In this document: positions 39,756-51,793 of the stretch, piece by piece
Layout: every line of letters begins with the position of its first letter
Numbering within the stretch: position 1 is the first letter of the stretch
NCBI GenBank assembly: GCA_035084275.1
Contig: CM068749.1
Location: 12,710,001-12,774,000, forward strand
Direction: 5' to 3'
DNA length: 64,000 nucleotides
Origin: Hydrolagus colliei
Lineage: Eukaryota
The notes under the pieces: generated by a model
What the model was told of the DNA's origin: nothing
Seen by the model: only the letters and a program-made list of their open reading frames with translations
Database searches by the model: none
Made by a program: the position numbers and the translations under genes

Positions 39756-40140
39756 CGCCCCCCACCTCCCAAAATCTTCTAGAAATGCGACTGAAAATGA
39801 ACTCTGTTTCTCGGATCATTATCAAGGATCGGGCATGAATTAAAAATAATGATTGATTAGAACTTAGAAGTGGTTCCCCGTTCATTCGGGCGACAGAAAC
39901 GTCCTCTGTCATCTCTCCCTCTCTCTGTGTCGGTGCAGCTAAAGGGCATGATCTTGCGCCCGGTGTGTCTGTCTGCGTCCGGTCCATTGCAATGGACGCC
40001 CCAGCGAGGGTCCTTCAGTGAGCTCCGCTTCAAACTGGTGGATATGAGACCAAGCGTGTGTCTCCGCTTACACTTCCCATTCAGAAACTGTGATTGAGCG
40101 ACATGCTGGAGTTGGGAGTCGGAGTTGCAGACGGTCTCAG
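39756..40140 (-). other. Candidate first exon of minus-strand host transcript
   Basis: Donor GCG|gtaaga at 39756/39755; lies just below CCAAT and GC boxes in a CpG-rich zone; 5' end is a guess. Confidence 0.35.
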
Positions 40141-41800
40141 AATCACCGGCTGAATCAGCCAGCCAATGGCGCACTGGGAAAGGAGGCGGGATGAAAGCGC
40201 CATCAGTTGCCCCCGTTACAATTTTCATCCCCACCACTCCTTCTCTATCAACCTTTCACAACCGATTTGAATGCAATCGGTCAGGGGACCGAGGAAACCC
40301 CCCCCCCCCCCACCCCCGTTTGCCGTGTGTCCCGTCACCTGGCGGTAAATGCGACTGAGATTGATAGCGCGGCTTCCCGCTGCTAAAATCTTCTTGCCAG
40401 GAACCCTGTGATTAATAAGCGGAGTCCGAAAGCTCACTCCAAGCCAACGATCCTATGTAAACCAGTTTAAAGCTTTCGACGATGCGTCAGAAAGCTTTTG
40501 TTGTTGAAGGAGTGAGGGGGGAGGGGAGGGGGGGGGGGGGGTGAAAGAGCTCAGGTACAGTGTGTGGACTTATTTAGTTATTGCCATATTGAATCTTTAT
40601 CTGCATTTCCATCGTGTGATTCTTGTTCACAAGGTGCAGGCGCTCCCCGCGGGTATTTAACCCCAGGTTTTGAGTTTATTCTTCGCGATTAAGTCATCAT
40701 CGCGACGCGAAGATTGATAACAATTTTAACCTTTGAAATCCGAGCCTTCCCAAAAAGCTGCACCTATACAGAGACAGACAGGAGGGTTTGAAAGGAACGG
40801 GGTCTCAATGGCGTGTACATTTTCTCTAAGCAAACAATTTGATCATCTTGTTAAGAGTGTATCAATGGTGTCAGGTCCTGGAGTGCGTCCATGGCATTAG
40901 ATCATTTCAAACCTCAGTCCGGTGCTGATGCTATCATATCACGTTTATAAAGAGGTAATGCCAGTAAACACAGGCACACTGAACACAGGGAGCAGCTTCC
41001 TGGCAGCTTTACAAAACAGTCTTGTAATTTAATATTATATCTGCGAGCCAGTGATGAATGCCAATTAGCTGCCCAGTGCCCACTAAGCACTTGATGAAAC
41101 TGTATTCTCGTGTCATTTATCTGCCGTTATGCATGTTTATTAGCCTCGTTCCATCTGAATGGCTTTTCAATTTTCAGCGAAAAGTTGCAGCACCTCCTTT
41201 AAGCGTCGCTCGGCCTCGACCAGTTACTGTAAACGGTCAATTACCGAGGCTCTCCTGAAACTGAAACATCAGACGTGCGGTTCACAGTCGCTGCGGGTTT
41301 GTTTGGTCGGGTACCAACCAGGGCATTGGCAAAAACTCAGCTTGAACTAACTGCCCGTGACGGGCAATGAATGTAGGTATAGTCGCAGTTCTGCTGTGTC
41401 GAGCGAGTTCCCTATTAGTTGATAACCCGCAGTGTATCTTGTGAATTAACAAGCGGGGTTTGATTAGTAGGTCGCAACTGGCGTGTTAAGAGATTATTTC
41501 CTTATTTCCCTGTAAAATACTCAGGCCGTGCACGAGCTGTGATACCAAACACTCGTCATTTGCCTCGGCAGCCTCTGCGTCTGTTCCGTTCGAGGATTAG
41601 CGTTCCAGACACCCAGCCTCCCGTCGCTTGTCAGGTAATCATTGACAACTGAAGCTACAAATCCCCGCTGAGATGTCGATGGCCGATTCCGTGTGTTTGA
41701 GTGCCGCCATCCTCTACATCCCGCCAGCGGGTGAAAGCTTTGCGATGCCGCGTGTCTCGCGTGAAATGACTTTGCATTCGCGCCTGCTTATCTGCGTGTT
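39870..41800. promoter_or_regulatory. CpG-rich promoter/enhancer region
   Basis: CpG density visibly above flanks; CCAAT box (agccaatggc ~40160), GC box (ggaggcggga ~40182), no TEs recognised. Confidence 0.6.
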
Positions 41801-42937
41801 CAAAAGACAGGTGTGTCCCTAATTACATTGATTTACACTAACCAGTGACTTGATGTCATCTATCCCCCCCCCCGTGCAGCACTGGTGTAAGAACCACGTT
41901 CATAAATCACAGTGACAACTGGGGAGTTCAGAGCCGCAAATGGGTTCCATGCCTCTCTGTGGCTGGTTGGATTCTGTATTCGCACTTCATCTGGCCATCT
42001 TGTTTTGTTACTCCCAGGCCTTTACCACTAACCTATGGTGTCCTCCTGCTGCACCGAAACAAGGAGAATAATGAGAACGTTCCCATTGCTTTTCCTGCTA
42101 GGATCACCCAACACGTGGCTTTCAGGGTTCACAGCTGAGTGGGAAGAATCCTTGCCCTCAGTGACTGGTCTGACCCATCAGATCCTACTGCCTAAACAAG
42201 CTGGCTTCTCTGTCGGGAACAGTGCCTCAGAGCACCGTGCATTGAAATCTGTCTTGGGAACCAAATTACTGAGGAATGCATCTCCCAATATTCTGTGGCC
42301 AGCTCAGCTCCAAGGAGTTCCCTCTTACCCCCCCCCTTCCCTCCCAAGGAAAGTGGGATATTAATATTAATAACATTACACATGCATTTTCAGAATTAAG
42401 TACTGTACACACCACCTCTTTGAAAATATTTTTGTCTGAAATAGTCCGAACCATATAGAATGTCAAAGATACCACATTGGTTCAATTGAGTGTAAAACTA
42501 TTTGAGACAAGTAAAGTCACTGTATTTGAAAGGAAATTGCTCATGGACTAAAATAATGACTGCTGTTGTGTGTGTGTGTGTATATAAACACTATTATATC
42601 TACTGTCAGCGAATTCTTGCTTGTTCGTTTCATCTTGTTCAATCTGTTATCTGATCCAATCTTGGAAAATTTTGATGCACCAAACAGACCACCAGCAGTG
42701 ACCTGTGCAAACCTTATGGCTCCATTTTGAGGTTTCACAGTTTGTCGTTTGCTGAGTTTGAATCCAGTGTTTTCCATCTGTCTTCATTTTCCTTCTGCAA
42801 CTCACTGACCTCAATATGAATTATATTTTCATAACAAAGTATCTATTCCCATTGGAAAAATATGCTTTGAGGCTTCTATTGGACGTCACAAAAAGGTGAT
42901 CTAACTTCTACTGGGAATGTATGCAGCTAAATTTAAC

Positions 42938-43255
42938 TAATAATAATGCATTTGATATAGCGCCTTGTCACGTTGTCAACATGGCAAATCACTTAACAGG
43001 ATTTGAGGTCCTCACCGTAGCCTCAAAATCCGTTCACACCCTGGGAACTCCTTATCTCTCTGACCTTCTCTTATCTTAGTCCTCTGCTTGGCTGATTCAG
43101 GCTTGTACTCTAGGCTCTCCACACCAACAACAGTGGCTAAGTCATCAGTTCCTATGACCCTAATCCTCTGGAACTCCCTCATTCTAGCCACCATTAAATA
43201 TCTCTGCTCTGGCTCCCATCTCAAATCGTACCTCTTTAATCATACCTTTGACTAT
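42938..43255. mobile_element. SINE tail (-) abutting degraded L2 3' fragment (+)
   Basis: taataatgcatttgatatagcgcctt; then FEVLTVASKSVHTLGTPYLSDLL..LWNSL..HLKSYLF L2-like remnants. Confidence 0.65.
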
Positions 43256-43288
43256 CCAAATGGGCGAGCTCAAAGTAAAGACATATGT

Positions 43289-43508
43289 AACCAAAAAACC
43301 CCAAATAATGCAGATGCTGGAAATCTGAAACAAAAACAGAAATCGCTGGCAACACTCAGCAGGTCAGGCAGCACCTATGGAGAAAGGAAAAGTGAGTCAA
43401 CATTTCGGGTCTGATGAAAGGTCGTGGACCCGAAACACTGACTCACTTTCCTTTCTCCATAAGTGCTGCCTAACCTGCTGTATGTTCCCAGCGATTTCTG
43501 TTTTTGTT
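43289..43508 (+). mobile_element. Palindromic Penelope-like (inverted pLTR) element with hammerhead core
   Basis: TSD taaagacatatgt (43276-43288 and 43508-43520); ~80-bp inverted arms 43329-43411 and 43427-43508; CTGATGA at 43411-43417, GGTC-GTG-GACC stem, GAAAC at 43432-43436. Confidence 0.75.
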
Positions 43509-44527
43509 AAAGACATATGTGTTTGCTTGAAGTTAAACAGATTCTCATTTCCCCCCTCCCGTCTCCCCCACTTTTTACTTGCATTTGATCACATGGGCTG
43601 AGTAAAAAAGGTATGTGTGAAAATAGTGGTTATACCGGATTTCTACTGATTCATCGCCTTCATACTGTCCACTTTAGCAATTTCTTGCAATGTTGCAATA
43701 GGCCCTAAATTATTGTTTGGGAGAGTTTTTGTATGGTTTGTGGGGGGGAAGGGAGAGAGAGAGAGACAAGCAGGTATCTGTGGTGTCAATACATTTACCT
43801 ACATTAAGAATGCTTATTCATAATAGGGTTTGTTAAGGCTTGAAGTCCTTATTTGTACCTTAACATACCAGTGTAGCATATCCCCATTAGTGTAGATAAA
43901 TAAAAATAGGCTTGCTCCATTTCATTTGTTTATAAAGGAGGAGCTGATGTTGAAACAATTTATGCTTTAACTCAGAAGTTGGCTGTAAAATAACTGGTCT
44001 GATAGTTCCTTTTACAAAGGTTCACAGGCACAGTCAGTTACTGGGGGTGGGTGGAGGGGGCAAAAAAAATTCTACATTGTATATTTTGCTTCTATGAGTG
44101 CTCTGCTGTATACTGCACCATTCATATGAAAGGCCCGGACTCACAAACACCACAGGAGAAGTAAGTTCAGAAAGGCTTTCTCAAGAATGAAAGAATAATG
44201 AGAATGCACTGTGCCCCCAGTGCATTACAGTATCCACTTATTCTCTGACTACTGATTGGGTTCCATTGAGAAAGGGGGCCAGTAGAGCTCTGTGTTGCAT
44301 GAACAATTTAGTGGCAATTCCCACATAGAATTAGTGATGTTTTCAAGTTCTGTGAGCTCTCACATTGGGGCCCTGTGACACTGCCAAGAATGGCCATGGA
44401 ATAACTGCTTTCTCTCCATTGTATCTCTTGCCTCAGTTATGCTACACTACAAGGATTCAGTATCAGGGATACTTTCATGAGTAGAACGACTGAACTACCT
44501 AAGTCATGCTGCCTGCCAGTCTCATGT

Positions 44528-44585
44528 TACAACAACAACAACTTGTATAGCACCTTTCACATCAGGAAAATGTCCCAAGGCGCTG
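44528..44585 (-). mobile_element. L2 tail fragment
   Basis: (AAC)n..tatagcacctttcac..gtcccaaggcgct. Confidence 0.7.
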
Positions 44586-44730
44586 GGGCAACGTGCACAC
44601 AGCACACAACTTTCTTCTTGGTCACTAATTTTCAGTGAAATGCTATTTGAAACTTAAAGGGGGTTCACTCTGTCTGGCATCTTAAACTCCTGCCCTTTCA
44701 AATCTCTAGTCATTTTTGAGGTGGGGATAC

Positions 44731-45185
44731 TTCAAGATCAAGATCATATTCAAGATCCTCGTCCTCACTTTCAAGGCCATTCACGGCCGTGCCCCCGCCT
44801 ATCTCTCTGACCTACTGTCTCCCTATCCACACCCTCCGTTCAGCAGACATAGGTCTGCTGCGCATCCACCGCCCTAATCGCCCAACCATCGGCGGCTGGG
44901 CTTTCAGCGTCTCTGCTCCCACACTGTGGAACTCCATCCTGCAGCCCCTCCGCCTTGCTTCCTCCCTTTCCTCCTTCAAGGCCAGTCTCAAGACCTTCCT
45001 CCTCGACCATGCCTTTGGCTCCCCCATCCCCCCCCCCCCCACCCCCCGCTCGGGTCCTGACCTGATTGTTCAGCGCCTTGGGGCGTCCTCCCGACGTGAA
45101 AGGCGCTCTATAAATGTAAATTGTTGTTGTTGTCCTCCCAACGTGAAAGGCGCTATATAAGTGCAATTTTGTTGTTGTTGTTGTT
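44731..45185 (+). mobile_element. L2 LINE 3' fragment with duplicated tail
   Basis: IFKILVLTFKAIHGRAPAYLSDLL..TLRSADIGLL..TIGGWAFSVSAPTLWNSI..FKASLKTFL; two tandem 3' termini, each ending in (TTG)n. Confidence 0.92.
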
Positions 45186-45977
45186 CCACTGGCTGTAAAC
45201 TGTCCATGCTCAGAAACTGGCTGTTTCAGCTGCATATTTGACATCAATATGATGCAAAAGTTTGCACTGCACTAGAGTCGATGTGCTGTGCAACTAGGGC
45301 AATGTGTGGCCAACACGGTTTAGGTCACAGAACCTTAAACGAGAACAATAGTGTTTAGATAGCCACTACTGCATCATTCTATAGCTTTGCCTGTTGTTGG
45401 CTCAGAGATGTTGGTTTCCTGTCACTGCAGTAATTGGATTTTATACCCTACCAACCCTGTAATTTAGGGGTATAAAGGATGTGTGCGCTTATCAGCCTTA
45501 GGCTTCCTTTTGTTCAAACATTGTCAGCAGCTGTGAAGCTACCAGAAAGGGATTAAAAGAGGAAAGTCTGTGCTTGTTGCACAAATTTCTCTGAAACTCT
45601 TAATTCACAGCTGAATTAAGTAGTGTACAGAATCAAGCGCAAGAGAGAAATATACCTCCAATGAAACAAAATTTCTCAAAATGAAACAATCTCAAATTTA
45701 GCAATTACATAATCAGTTGCTGAGATGTTTTATTGATAACAGGGAATGGTACATTGACCAAAATGATCTTTATATCTTATTGTTAATTCCCATTGGTATC
45801 ACAATCAAATCAGGTCATACCAGAAATGGTACAAAGAAAATGCAATTTATTTCATTTAGAGTTTTGGTCAAAGCGATAGAAGCACTTTGGACAAAATTTG
45901 TGCTAGGAGCTAATAGAAACAAATAATATACTGTAGTTGGGTGTGGGGGTAGGGACACACACACACACAAAAAAATG

Positions 45978-47067
45978 GCAACATAAAACACTCCAAGCTA
46001 CAATTAAAGCATGTGGAATTGGAGACAATCTTGTTGCATGGACAGGAAATTGATTAGGAAGCAGGAGGAAAACATTAGAGCTAGGGAGTATGAGACATTT
46101 CCTGATTGGGGGTGGGGGGCTGACATATGGTATCCCCAAAGATCAGTGTTAGAGCCATAGATTTTCATACTTTAAAAAAAATTGGATTGGATTATAGGAA
46201 TAGAGGGAAGTGTATCCAAGTTTGCTGAAAACACTAAGCCAAGAGATGTAATCAATTGTGAAGAGAACGGAAATTTTCACAAGGACAAACATTGATCAAG
46301 TGAATCTGTGGAACTGTGGTAGATGGAGTTCAGAATAGGGAGGTGTGAAATAGTACATATTGGACATATGTATGATATTTGGGAATGTAACCTCTGTGGG
46401 AAAGCACTGGGGTGCTGTTGATGAAGTTGGAGTTCAGAGGTCCAAGCTCATAAGTCATTCTCATCCTGTTTGTTGATGCAAAAGACAGTCAAAAAGCTTA
46501 TAGGCTGGCATAATTTTTTTTAACGAATAGAAAAGCAAGGAAATATTGCTGCTGTTGTACAGCACCCTGGTCAGACCTCATTTAAAGTGTTCAAGTTTGA
46601 TCCCTCAACCTCAAGAAGGATATACTAACCTTGGAGGACACTAAGCATTGATTTCACCAATTTCATAACTGGAATGGAGGAGTTTATCTTTAATCAGAGG
46701 CAGGGCAAACTGGTGTTGTATTGTTTAGAGCTGAGGAGGTTAAGGGGTGATCTGATTGAGGTGTTTCAAATAATTGTCCAAATAGTCCAAAACAAGGGAA
46801 AATTCATTTGAAAATTTAAACTGAGATGCTTAGAGGCAAAATCAGAAGAATTTCTTCACATGATGGCTTACCAGAATGTGAAATGGAATAAGTCTGAAGG
46901 TCATTGATGCAGAATCCATATTTAAAAGGGAGTAGGTAGTTTGGGAAGCAAGTAATGGCATTAAGAGAAATGGAAAAAAGGCATCTTAAAGATTGAAAGA
47001 TCTGCCACTATTTTTGTTCAGAAAGTAGAGGTGGCTCGACAGATTAAAAAGTTCCTATCTTCCTATT
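45978..47067 (+). mobile_element. Degraded CR1 LINE (RT domain to 3' end)
   Basis: IKACGIGDNLVAWTGN*LGSR, GIP..SVLEP (GVPQGSVLGP remnant), GIEGSVSKFAENTK (SKFADDTK remnant), LYSTLVRPHL, LRRLRGDLIEVF; many stops and frameshifts; ends ttcctatcttcctat. Confidence 0.9.
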
Positions 47068-47880
47068 GGGCAGTAAGGCTGGCAGAAGTAAGCAAACAAG
47101 TTACCGTTGTATTAGTGGAAGCCTCCTTTGATTTGTTAAAATCTGCTGCAGTGCTGCCAAGGTACATAGAGACTTGTACACGGTTTTGTTGAATTATTGA
47201 TGGCGAGTTGTTTCTCATAGATTACCAGTGATTATCATAGCCAAGTGAAGGCCCTTAATCACATCAAAATAATCTCTGAACTCGAGATCCATTCTGCATT
47301 ACATCCTAAATGCACACTTCTAACCGTAAAACCTAGTGTATTTTTTTTACAATCCAAATGTTGTAAAGGTCAGGTAACTTCCTCCATTTACCCTACATCA
47401 AGGTGCAGTCCCTATTGCAAGCGGTTATTGTTGGTTTTGACACCACTTAAAGCGAATCAGATTCCGATGTTATTTCTAACTGTGTCATCGCCAGTTACAT
47501 TCGGTGGTGTGTACGCAGGCATACATGAGCTGCAGGCTGGAACTGAACGACCGGCAAAACAAACAATACCCTACAAAACAAAATCTTGGTTGTGCTCCAT
47601 AACTTGGTGGTGAATATTTGGAGCCTTCAAATCAAATCTCTACATCACAGGCTCCAGAGTGCTGGCAGCAACTTACCAACCGAATGTCTTGTCAATGTTT
47701 TATTGCCCACAGGCAGAAGGCACCGTGATATGTGTGTGTGTGTGTGTTTGGGTGGGGATGGGAGGGGGGGAGGGAGGGGGCAAATGAACTGGTTCTTAAT
47801 TGCCCCATTGCCGCACAATGACTGGCTGGTGTAAATCGAGTTAATGCCGTGGCTGTGTGTGACTTTAGATTTCCACTTAC

Positions 47881-48008
47881 CTGTATTCTGAGCCCACACA
47901 TCACAAGGTTGGGAATTAAACAATCGACAGGAAGAACAAATAAAAGGTAAACAACAAGCTTTGGCTTCCGTTTTACAGGAATCCATAGCAACTGGAACAA
48001 CATGATAC
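47881..48008 (-). other. Candidate non-coding exon (128 nt)
   Basis: Donor CAG|gtaagt at 47881/47880 is perfect; acceptor ctctcatctccacaaagcag is moderate. Confidence 0.35.
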
Positions 48009-49945
48009 CTGCTTTGTGGAGATGAGAGATTCACATGGACAGTAATGGGTTGCAACGGGGGAAGTTGGAGAGGTGTGTCAAAATACAACCACAAGCCGCC
48101 TTGGTTCAGATGTTATGTTTAATCGCTTGTGAACTACCCAGACCCAACCAAATGTGCAGCACAAAACAGGCTCACTTTATTCCAAGTCAATCGAATAAGA
48201 TTTTTTTTATTCCCACCGCCCCCCATTTGCACTCATCGCCAGTCTTAAGGGCTGGGGAAGACATTTGTCAAGGTTTCTACAGCAGATCCGTTATAAACTT
48301 GTTACAAGTCTTCTATAAAATATTTGACTGTATCTTATTTTCATTCAACACCCAAGGGCGAGAGTTGTTATCTTAATTGATGCATTCCCTCAGACAATCT
48401 GGTATCCATTTGAATAAATCTGTTCTGACACGTGAAAGAAACAAGTTCATTTTCATCTGATCACTTTTGAGTAGCTGCAGGGTGACTGGAATCTATCTGA
48501 ACGGCTCTCCAGCAAGCCTTAGTTGAATAACCACTCCCAACTCGTCCAATCTAGTTGCCTCTATAGCAGAGGAGGGCACATTTTTATGCCGAGAACGGGG
48601 AGAAGACCGGGTTCAGGGAAGGTTAAAAACCTATTTGATATGAAATCTTGACGCAGCGAAGAGGCCTCTCCTGATTAAACAGAAGTAGCTGGGTCTCCAG
48701 ATAGGATGATTGATCTGAGCAATGTGTTCCTGCTGAAACTGCTCTTATGAGGCAAGTTGTTTGAACATGTTCTGGAGTCCTGGACCAAAGGGGGCTCCCA
48801 ATTGTAAAATAGATGTCTGCACATCCTCTTCCTTTCATGTTTAAACCATCCTCTTTTGTTTGCTGAGGATTGGAAACTCCCAACACGGAACAGTGGTCAA
48901 AGCATGAGAATTACTGTTAACTCAGTAGGATAAAAAAAAAGCTGAAGGAATAGATCGAATGGAATCTCCTTGTGAACAAGGGAGAGGAACAGGATGTAAA
49001 GCAGCTGGAGGGTGTGAAGCTTGTAAAAGAGTCCCCCGAACCCTTATTGCATCTTAAAATCAGACACCGAGGATTTGCTGGCTGGGTTCAGTAATATTCT
49101 GTTCTCAGAGAGTGGGCTAAATGGTGGCATCTTCAATTTACTCGTCTTTGGCAGCTGGTTTAGCTGCTGCAACCAGAGAAAAGCTATCATTAGGATTATG
49201 GCTTTGAAACTGCCCGAGTTTCTTATCCTCTGCACCTATAATCCTGAAGTATCAGTCTGTCTGACCACTTGACAGAATAATTTATATATACTGTATATAT
49301 ATATATATATATCAAAATGACAGCTTAAAATATGCGGCGCATTTCCTACAGAAGAGATGGAAATAAAAGCAAATCTGCCAAATGCTCACCAAGACAAAGG
49401 GGGGTAATCATTGATAATGGGGAAGGGAGGGGAGGTGGGGGAAGACACACACACACACACACACGAATAATAACATAAAGATTTGCAGTCAAGGCATTGT
49501 TGTTTTACGGTCTATAAATAGAAGTGAATCATTATACTCGGGCTCCAATCTGCTCCCAAATCCTTTCATGTCAGGCAGAATGTGTTTTGGGAGAGAATTT
49601 GGGGGAGGGGGGGAGGGAATCGAAAAAATTAAAGACCGCTTTCTAATGAAATGTATATATCCTTGTACATTACACTGATAGTGACCCCAGAGTCCTGGTA
49701 AGTGTGTGTGTGGTGTGTGTGTTTCTCTGGCAACATTGAACACCTCTGATGGCTTTATTTTTGGTGGAGGAGGTGGTGGGGTGGGTAACTAGGCTGTACA
49801 GTTCAGCACCTGGTTTGTGGTAGACACGTTAAAGCAACCGTAAATAGCAATTAAGAGCAGCCGTACAGTAAATAACTGAGAGAGCAGCGAAATCGGACGT
49901 TCCAGTTGAAGGAGGGTTTCGATTTGGGTCAGGAAAATGGCTTAC

Positions 49946-50131
49946 CTCCCATCGTTTCCTACTTTCCCAGCCCGGCCACACTAATCTGCGTGTCTCTGCC
50001 TCGGGGTGAACACGTTGCATAATGTGCCTCATCTACCGCGATGCCGGAGAGAGCCGACAATGATGTCTTCAGTCACGTTGCCGTCACGCTCGGTTGGATC
50101 GCTGACCCCAAACCGCAGAGACACGAGTGGG
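49946..50131 (-). other. Candidate non-coding exon (186 nt)
   Basis: Acceptor ttgtttttcctacag and donor GAG|gtaagc; stop codons in all three frames; CpG-rich. Confidence 0.5.
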
Positions 50132-50694
50132 CTGTAGGAAAAACAACCGAAAGCGATGTGTCAGAACACATTCCTGTAATTTCCTGCCGCATTAAATTAA
50201 TTAATAAAGCGCTGTCCCCTTGAATGTGCATCCCGCGCCCTGCGATTTCACCTGTGAAGCTCACATCTTGACTGCTGTGATGTAGTTACTACACTCCCAA
50301 GATATTACCATATCCGAAGGGCACTTTTTATATACTGTACTATATAATTAAATATATACAGTATATATACACACGGTATATATATATATATATATATTTA
50401 TATAAATCCAAGTTGACATTGTTTGTTACCGAGACATATAGAGGCTTACAATTTGAGAGATACTGTACTCATAAGCGCTAAACACAGTTCTGGTTCGTTG
50501 GTTTGGCCCTTTCAGTGACCAAATAAAAACTATTTAATGTGATAGGGGCTTCCTTCAAGTGTTTTAATTCCGGGCAAAGTGAGGAGGTGCTTTTTTGTTT
50601 ATTTTCCGCCGTCCTCGAAGAGCAATTTGGTTGCAAATTGTTGCCCTTTTTCCCCCCTGGGATTTCAAACGGCAATGTTTCCATTCATTATCAT

Positions 50695-50768
50695 GGGGAG
50701 AGGGGGGGGGGGGGGGGGATTAGGATGGGGGGGGGGGGGGGGAGAGGAGTGGGGGGGGGGGGGGGGGG
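50695..50768 (+). repeat. Clustered poly-G tracts (G-quadruplex potential)
   Basis: Three long G homopolymers separated by short spacers. Confidence 0.8.
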
Positions 50769-51399
50769 TCGATCTATTTGCTTTTGTCTCATTATTCCCT
50801 CTGAGTCATGTCTTGCCAAGTGTTCTGTGTTGCTAAGACGGTTGGGGAGGGAAGGAGGGAGAGACAGACAGACAGGGAGAGAGTCGTTTTTTCAGCTTCT
50901 CCCAAACCCTGACATTTCTGTCAACTCAGGAAGATTCAAAAGGGGCTAAGGAAAGGGGGGATGTACGCGTACATTGCCTGCCACTTATGAATCATAACTC
51001 CCAGACTCTCGGAGCGCTGTTTAGATTATAGGAGGACTTAAAGAGCTTACTGGTCCAGGGAAGTTATCTTTTGTGTAATCAATTAGGGCAGTGGATGTGT
51101 GTGTATGTGTGTGTGTAAAAAAAACATCTGGAAAGTTCTCTGAGAAACCTGTAAGAAAGAACCAGCAACACAACTGCAGAACAGTCATAAAGCAACAAAG
51201 AAATTAAGTTTTAAATCCAGCGCCTTGAGTGTGAAACGAATACAGCTCCTGTCCTATACAGTTATACAGTACAATGTAAATCGTCTGATCGTTTGGCCTC
51301 AAATCTGTGCTCGAGGCTTGCCCTTTAAATCGCAGATTTTTTTTTTTGGGGGGGGGATTCTTTGTCTAACTACTTTCTTCCTGCTCCTCTCTCTTCGTG

Positions 51400-51762
51400 T
51401 TCCAACGCCAGCAATATCTTGGCAGAAGCCAATCCCCCAGAGTTGCTGCCGCCGCGGCTTCACCGCCTCCTTTGGGCGGCGTCTCCATTCGTTGAGTTAC
51501 CAACAAACCGTTAATTAATCAATGTGACGGATGCGGGGAGTGAAGGGTTCCTTTGATAGCTCGCCACTGAAACTGGGCAACCCGAGATCACAATACAGTC
51601 GGTGGGAAAAGGAACGGCTTTATTGCAATAATTAGTAACCGATGCGACTGACAAGTCCAACCACCCAAACTTCCAAATGACAGTACATACATTCTCTGAA
51701 TGCTGATACTCTCAGATGTACGAACTCCCCCCACTTTCTCCCCCCACCCCCCCCCCCCCACT

Positions 51763-51793
<31 letters not shown>

